From contig JBBRPR010000001.1 of NCBI GenBank assembly GCA_038227875.1, positions 224,001 to 288,000 of the forward strand: a stretch of 64,000 nt of DNA, read 5' to 3'. The stretch's first letter is position 1; every line of letters starts with the position of its first letter. Shown here in pieces: positions 58,749-64,000 of this stretch. Both the position numbers and the translations under genes were made by a program. The notes under the pieces were generated by a model. The model made no database searches, had not been told where the DNA came from, and saw nothing but the letters and a program-made list of their open reading frames with translations. Source of the DNA: Planctomycetota bacterium. GTDB taxonomy: Bacteria > Planctomycetota > SZUA-567 > H5-PLA8.

Positions 58749-59951
58749 ATGGCTGTTTCAATTTCATTAGCACGTCGCATCCGCGAAGTTCAACCCAGCG
58801 CCACGCTGGCGGTCGACTCCAAGGCCAAAGCGTTGCAGGCTCAGGGGATCGACATCGTCAATTTCGGCGCGGGCGAACCGGATTTCAACACGCCGGCCCA
58901 CATCGTCGAAGCCGGCACCAAGTCGATGAGCAGCGGCGACACGAAGTACTTCGCCAAGCGCGGCGCCGAATTGAAAAAAGGCATCTGCGAAAAGCTCAAG
59001 CGCGAGAACAACCTTGAGTACAAGCCCGAACACATCGTCGTCAGCAACGGCGCCAAGCAGAGCTTGTACAACCTGATGCAGGTGCTGATCGACGAAGGCG
59101 ATGAAGTCATCATTGTCGCGCCGTACTGGGTCAGTTACCTCGAGCAGGTCCGGCTCGCCGGCGGCAAAACGGTGATCATCGAGACCGACGAGAAAACGCA
59201 CTTCAAGACCACGCCCGAGCAGCTGCAGAAGGCGATCACGCCGAAGACGAAGCTGTTCATCCACAACAGCCCGTCGAACCCGACCGGCACGACGTACACG
59301 CCCGACGAGATCCGGGCGCTGGGCGCGGTGATCGAGAAGGCCGGAATTCTGGCGCTTTCTGACGAAATCTACGAACGCCTGATTTACGGCGGCATCAAAG
59401 CGCTCTCGCTGGCGGCCGTTTCGCCGGGGCTTAAAGACCAGGTGATTACCGTCAACGGAGTCGCCAAGTCGTTCTCGATGACCGGCTGGCGCATCGGCTG
59501 GGCGGCGGGTCCGGAAAGCGTGATGAAGGCCGTGCAGAAATTCCAGAGCCACGCGACGAGCGAACCGGCGGCGTTCAGTCAGGCCGGCGCGGCGGAAGCC
59601 TACGCGAGCATCGCCGCTTCCGATGCGGCCGTGAAAGCCATGCACGAACAGTTCGACGTGCGCCGCCGCCAGATGCACAAGCGGCTCAACCAGCTGCCGG
59701 GCGTCACCTGCCTGGAGCCGATGGGCGCGTTCTACGCGTTCCCCAATGTTTCAGGCGTGTTCGGGCGGTCGTTCAAGGGCGTGACGGTCAAGACGCCGAT
59801 GGACTTCTGCAACGTCGCGCTGGAGCAGGCCGGCGTCGCGCCGGTTCCGGGCGAAGCCTTCGGCTCGCGAAACCACATTCGTCTCAGCTATGCCACCAGC
59901 ATGGAGTTGATTAACAAAGGTCTGGACCGTCTGGAGCTGTTGTTAAAGTAG
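58749..59951 (+). CDS. Class I/II PLP aminotransferase (aspartate aminotransferase-like)
   Basis: 'GAGEPDF', 'NSPSNPTG', 'SDEIY', 'AKSFSMTGWRIG'. Confidence 0.94.
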   Translation: MAVSISLARRIREVQPSATLAVDSKAKALQAQGIDIVNFGAGEPDFNTPAHIVEAGTKSMSSGDTKYFAKRGAELKKGICEKLKRENNLEYKPEHIVVSNGAKQSLYNLMQVLIDEGDEVIIVAPYWVSYLEQVRLAGGKTVIIETDEKTHFKTTPEQLQKAITPKTKLFIHNSPSNPTGTTYTPDEIRALGAVIEKAGILALSDEIYERLIYGGIKALSLAAVSPGLKDQVITVNGVAKSFSMTGWRIGWAAGPESVMKAVQKFQSHATSEPAAFSQAGAAEAYASIAASDAAVKAMHEQFDVRRRQMHKRLNQLPGVTCLEPMGAFYAFPNVSGVFGRSFKGVTVKTPMDFCNVALEQAGVAPVPGEAFGSRNHIRLSYATSMELINKGLDRLELLLK

Positions 59952-60053
59952 GCTATTGGCGCGCGTGCGGAACGCCTCGTCCAGATTACTGGATTGGGGC
60001 GAGTCGGTGTTTGTCACGCGGCCAGGATAAAAAAGAAGCGGGAGAAATCAGGC

Positions 60054-60521
60054 ATGGACACAGTGCCGATGACGCGCGAAGGTCTGGATAAGATCATCGC
60101 GGAAGTGACGGAACTTGAAGAGCGCAGACCCAAAGTCCTGCTGCAGATCAAGGAAGCGCGCGAGAAGGGCGACTTGTCTGAAAACGCGGAGTACCATGCC
60201 GCGCGCGAAGACCTGTCGATGCTCGAAGGCCGCATCCGCGAGATGAAGGACAAGATCTCCCGCGCCGTCATCGTCGACAAATCGAAAATCGGCGGCAACA
60301 CCGTCGTCTTCGGCGCCACGGTCAAGCTGTTGAGCATCGCCGACAACGAGGAAGAGGAATACTCGCTGGTCGGTGAAGGCGAAAACGACCCGCTGGCCGG
60401 AAAGATCCTGACCACCAGCCCGATGGGTCAGGCGCTGCTGACCAAGAAAGTCGGCGACAAGATTGAAGTGCCGACGCCGAAGGGCGCGTTGAAATTCAAG
60501 ATCCTGGAAATCCGTTTCTAG
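60054..60521 (+). CDS. greA: Transcription elongation factor GreA
   Basis: 'AREKGDLSENAEYHAA', 'SPMGQALL.KKVGD'. Confidence 0.96.
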   Translation: MDTVPMTREGLDKIIAEVTELEERRPKVLLQIKEAREKGDLSENAEYHAAREDLSMLEGRIREMKDKISRAVIVDKSKIGGNTVVFGATVKLLSIADNEEEEYSLVGEGENDPLAGKILTTSPMGQALLTKKVGDKIEVPTPKGALKFKILEIRF

Positions 60522-60561
60522 AAAGGGAAGTATTCGCGCCGTGTAGTTGACTGCGTCCCGT

Positions 60562-61746
60562 ATGGCCAAACGTACGCACAGCAATCCGAAGGCGAAGTCC
60601 GTTGCGCCCGCATCCAGCCGCGTCAAAGTGGCTGAAGGCGTCAGCAGCAACGGCAGCGCCCCGTCGTTGGATCAATTGCGCGGCACCATCGACACGCTGG
60701 ACGCGCAGATCGTCAAGCTGATCAACGAACGCGCGCAGCACGCGATTGAAATCGGCGCGATCAAGGCCCGCACGGGGGTGAAGGCGTACAACCCGTCCCG
60801 CGAAATCCAAGTCTACCGCAAGGTCGCCTCGCAGAATCACGGACCGTTGCCCAACGAAGCCTTCAAGTCGATCTACCGCGAGATCATGTCGGCGACCATC
60901 GCGCTGGAACGGCCGACCCGCGTTGCGTTCTTCGGACAGCCGGGAACGTTCACGCATCTGGCGGCGCTGACCAAGTTCGGTTCGTCGGTCGAATACATTC
61001 CGACGCGCGACATCCGCGACGTCTTCCTCGCCGTCGCGCGCGGCCGGGCCGACTACGGACTCGTGCCGATCGAGAATTCGACCGAAGGCGGCGTCAATCA
61101 GTCGATCGACATGTTCGCCGAGACGCGGTTAAAGATCGCCAGCGAAATCTACCTGCCGATCCATCATCATCTGCTCGCGAAGTGCCCGTTCAAAGAGATC
61201 AAGGTCGTCTACAGTTTCGGCCAGCCCTTCGCGCAATGCCGCAACTGGCTGATGGGCCACCTGGGCAACGCGGAAAAACGGGAAGTGCCCTCGACGGCCG
61301 CCGCCGCTGAACGCGCCGCGAAGGAACCGCACGCCGCCGCCATCGCCGGCTCGCTGGCCTCCGAGATTTACGACATTCCCATCGTCGTCGAGAACATCGA
61401 AGATTCGCCCGACAACATCACGCGCTTTTTCGTCGTCGCCGAACGCATGGCCGAACGGACCGGCCGCGACAAGACCAGCCTGCTGCTCTCGATCAAGGAC
61501 CAGCCCGGCGCGCTCTTGAAGCTGCTCCAGCCCTTCCAGAAAAATCGCATCAACCTGACACGGATCGAATCGCGGCCGAGCAAGCGGCGCGCGTGGGAGT
61601 ACCATTTCTTCCTCGATCTGGAAGGCCACGTCGAAGACGAAGCCGTCAAGCGGACGATGAAGGACCTGGAAGCGCACGTCAAACATCTGGAAGTGCTGGG
61701 TAGTTATCCGACGTCCGAGCGCATGCCGGTGGCGGGGAAGCGTTGA
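60562..61746 (+). CDS. pheA: Chorismate mutase/prephenate dehydratase (P-protein)
   Basis: CM 'LRGTIDTLD.QIVKLINERA'; 'VPIENSTEG', 'NITRF', 'TRIESRPS'. Confidence 0.95.
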   Translation: MAKRTHSNPKAKSVAPASSRVKVAEGVSSNGSAPSLDQLRGTIDTLDAQIVKLINERAQHAIEIGAIKARTGVKAYNPSREIQVYRKVASQNHGPLPNEAFKSIYREIMSATIALERPTRVAFFGQPGTFTHLAALTKFGSSVEYIPTRDIRDVFLAVARGRADYGLVPIENSTEGGVNQSIDMFAETRLKIASEIYLPIHHHLLAKCPFKEIKVVYSFGQPFAQCRNWLMGHLGNAEKREVPSTAAAAERAAKEPHAAAIAGSLASEIYDIPIVVENIEDSPDNITRFFVVAERMAERTGRDKTSLLLSIKDQPGALLKLLQPFQKNRINLTRIESRPSKRRAWEYHFFLDLEGHVEDEAVKRTMKDLEAHVKHLEVLGSYPTSERMPVAGKR

Positions 61747-61750
61747 AAGT

Positions 61751-61785
61751 AGTTTTCAGTTTTGAAGTTTCAGTTTTGAGTTGTG
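61751..61785. repeat. Degenerate heptamer tandem repeat
   Basis: AGTTTTC AGTTTTG AAGTTTC AGTTTTG AGTTGTG. Confidence 0.7.
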
Positions 61786-61815
61786 TTTGAACGTGGCGGT
61801 TAGGAAGGGGTCTGT

Positions 61816-62571
61816 ATGCGTCGCTCGTTTGTGGCCGGCAACTGGAAGATGAACAAGACTCCCGACGAATCCAAGGCGCTGGTCGCGGCCTTGCGGGAGA
61901 AGCTGTCGGGATTCGACAGCTGCGACGTCGCGGTCTTTCCCGCGGCCGTCAGCATTCCCGCCGTCGCCGACGTCCTCAAGGGCTCCAAGATTGCCTGGGG
62001 CGGACAGAACATGTACTGGGAAAAGTCCGGCGCGTTCACCGGCGAACTTTCCGGCCCGATGCTGGTGGCCTGCGGCTGCGAGTACGTGCTCTGCGGACAC
62101 AGCGAACGCCGCTTGTACTTCGGCGAAACCGACGCGACGGTCAACAAGCGCGTCAAGGCCGCCCTCAGCTTCAAGCTCAAACCGATTCTCTGTGTCGGCG
62201 AAACGAAAGACGAACGCGTCGCGAACATCACCATCGAAGTGGTCAAGCGCCACGTACTGGACGGCCTGGCGGGACTGACCGCCGAACAGATGGGGCAGTT
62301 GACCATTGCCTATGAGCCGGTCTGGGCGATCGGCACGGGGTTGACGGCCACGCCGGCCCAGGCGCAGGAAGTCCACGCCCTGATCCGCGGGCTGGTCCGG
62401 GAGCAATTTGGCACGGGCATCGCCGACGCCCTTCGTATACAATACGGTGGCTCGGTCAAACCCGAGAACGCCAAGGAACTTGTGCACCAGCCGGACATCG
62501 ACGGCGCGCTGGTGGGCGGTGCCAGTTTGGTGGCGGACGACTTTGAGAAGATTGTCCGCGGAGCGAAGTAA
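61816..62571 (+). CDS. tpiA: Triosephosphate isomerase
   Basis: 'AGNWKMN', 'GHSERR', 'AYEPVWAIGTG', 'YGGSV', 'LVGGAS'. Confidence 0.98.
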   Translation: MRRSFVAGNWKMNKTPDESKALVAALREKLSGFDSCDVAVFPAAVSIPAVADVLKGSKIAWGGQNMYWEKSGAFTGELSGPMLVACGCEYVLCGHSERRLYFGETDATVNKRVKAALSFKLKPILCVGETKDERVANITIEVVKRHVLDGLAGLTAEQMGQLTIAYEPVWAIGTGLTATPAQAQEVHALIRGLVREQFGTGIADALRIQYGGSVKPENAKELVHQPDIDGALVGGASLVADDFEKIVRGAK

Positions 62572-62579
62572 CGGGGAGA

Positions 62580-62813
62580 ATGACCATGCATGGAATGATC
62601 CCGACTGTACTCAGCGTCCTGATCGCGTTCACCGGCATTCTGATGATGTTTTTCATTCTGCTTCAGGACAGCAAAGGCGGCGCGTTGACGATTCTGGATG
62701 GCACGAAGGCGACGAATCTCGACACGGTCACCAATCCGTTGCGCCGCGCGACTGCAGTTCTGGCGGGACTCTTTTTCGTGCTCGTGATTGTTCGAACGAT
62801 GATGGGTGGTTGA
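62580..62813 (+). CDS. secG: SecG-like protein, short copy
   Basis: Two TM helices, 'ILLQDSKGGAL...LRRAT.VLA.LF'; located after tpiA. Confidence 0.7.
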   Translation: MTMHGMIPTVLSVLIAFTGILMMFFILLQDSKGGALTILDGTKATNLDTVTNPLRRATAVLAGLFFVLVIVRTMMGG

Positions 62814-62885
62814 AGCAGGACGTACGCCGAATCCGCGTGCGTTTTTGAATTTGAATTTTCAATTCGTAAGCAAGGGGGAAGTAAG

Positions 62886-63506
62886 ATGAACGGTTTTGTA
62901 CTCGCAGCTTCGGGCGCCAGCGGTTGGGCCGATTTCATTCTGACCGGCATGGTTGTGCTCGTCGCGATTCTGATGACGGGATTCATCCTGCTGCAGGAAG
63001 GCAAAGGCGGCGGCTTGACGGCGCTGGGCGGCACGAAGGCCGCGGGCGTTGAAGGCGTCACCAACCCCATCCGCCGTGCCACGGGCTGGCTGGCCGGGAT
63101 CATGTTCGTCCTGCTGATTGTCCTGGGCATCATGCACAAGCCCGCAGCGACGACAAGCCTTGGCGAAGACAAGTCCGCGGCCATCGAAACCGCGCCTCCG
63201 GGCGAAGCGCCCAGCCCCGTCGGTCAGCCGGCGGTGCCAGTGAGCGCGACCGCTCCGATTCCCGCTGCCCCTGTCGTTCCTGACGCCAACAAAGCTCCCG
63301 CGCTGAAGGCCGGCGACGCGCCGAAGACGGACGCTCCGAAGACCGACGCGCCCAAGACGGATGCCACCAAGACGGACGCGCCCAAGGTTGACGCACCCAA
63401 GACCGACGCGCCGAAGGAAGCGCCCAAGGTTGAAGCGCCGCCCGCGCCCGCGCCAGCCCCGGCTCCGGTCGCTCCAACGCCCGAACCGACCAAGGACGGC
63501 AAGTAA
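62886..63506 (+). CDS. secG: SecG with long repeat-rich C-terminal tail
   Basis: 'ILLQEGKGGGL.ALGG...IRRAT.WLA..F'; KTDAP repeats. Confidence 0.82.
   Translation: MNGFVLAASGASGWADFILTGMVVLVAILMTGFILLQEGKGGGLTALGGTKAAGVEGVTNPIRRATGWLAGIMFVLLIVLGIMHKPAATTSLGEDKSAAIETAPPGEAPSPVGQPAVPVSATAPIPAAPVVPDANKAPALKAGDAPKTDAPKTDAPKTDATKTDAPKVDAPKTDAPKEAPKVEAPPAPAPAPAPVAPTPEPTKDGK
63315..63440 (+). repeat. Coding 15-bp tandem repeat (DAPKT)
   Basis: Six full units plus shorter variants, with synonymous third-position variation. Confidence 0.85.
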
Positions 63507-63546
63507 GTCTCATCCATGTGCTCGACGCAACAACCAGGTGCCTTCA

Positions 63547-64000
63547 ATGTCTGATGTGACGACGGTCAAGTCCAAGCGCAAGTCCCCGGCGGCCGCTGCG
63601 ACTCCTGCAGCGGCTCCGTCGTCTGCGATTCCGCCGGTTCGTTCGATGACCGGCTACGGAAGCGCCTCGCTGGAAGACGCGCACCGCGTGACGGCCGAAA
63701 TCCGCTCGGTCAACGGCCGCTTCCTGAAGCTCTCCGTGAAAGTCATGGGCCGCTACGGCGCGCTGGAAGACCGCGTCAAAGCGCTGCTCAACGAAATCGG
63801 CATCAAGCGCGGCAGCGTCGACGTCTCGCTCTTCTTCAACGGCAACACCTCCGACGAAGGCAACTACGGCATCAACGAAAACGCCGTGCGCAACTACGTC
63901 AACCAGGCGCGCGCGCTGAATAAAAAGTTCAAGCTCAAGGGCGACATCCAGCTCGGCTCGATTCTTTCCCTGCCCGAAGTGGTCAAGCGTTTCGAGACCG
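63547..64000 (+). CDS. yicC: YicC/YloC-family endoribonuclease, partial (runs off the right edge)
   Basis: Manual translation: 'VRSMTGYG...EIRSVNGRFLKL...IKRGSVDV'. Confidence 0.88.
   Translation, partial: MSDVTTVKSKRKSPAAAATPAAAPSSAIPPVRSMTGYGSASLEDAHRVTAEIRSVNGRFLKLSVKVMGRYGALEDRVKALLNEIGIKRGSVDVSLFFNGNTSDEGNYGINENAVRNYVNQARALNKKFKLKGDIQLGSILSLPEVVKRFET

Noticed and set aside
63506..63547. tRNA-Leu often found after secG
   Set aside because: The gap is only 40 bp, with no cloverleaf or T-loop motif.

Overview
A 64-kb, high-GC (roughly 60-65% by eye), gene-dense bacterial chromosomal segment. It is most consistent with Planctomycetota/PVC (inference from the HEAT + prenyltransferase-repeat protein, two PQQ-like beta-propellers, a LepB with a large insert and a membrane Ser/Thr kinase). 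It holds about 55 CDSs. These include housekeeping genes (lepB, cmk, clpS, glyA, Skp, aminotransferase-greA-pheA-tpiA-secG-secG-yicC), three AraC regulators, a sigma-54 activator module, and a complete chemosensory operon (cheA-W-MCP-MCP-R-D-Y-X-B) behind a sigma-54-like promoter and divergent from a NarL-type pair. I saw no rRNA, tRNA, CRISPR array, prophage or transposase gene. The best candidates for undescribed biology are: (1) a lipoprotein apparently built from the two extracytoplasmic domains of an MMPL/RND exporter with all TM helices removed, next to a LolA/LolB-like lipoprotein; (2) a HisKA_3 pseudokinase-REC protein that could relay phosphate from a two-Hpt CheA to a NarL regulator; (3) two MCPs with paired non-heptad (11/12 aa) insertions at the glycine hinge; (4) a stand-alone half-size PnuC; (5) tandem secG paralogues; (6) degenerate 7-nt tandem repeats in at least seven intergenic gaps, plus nested REP-like palindromes. 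All family assignments are by-eye motif recognition, not database searches.
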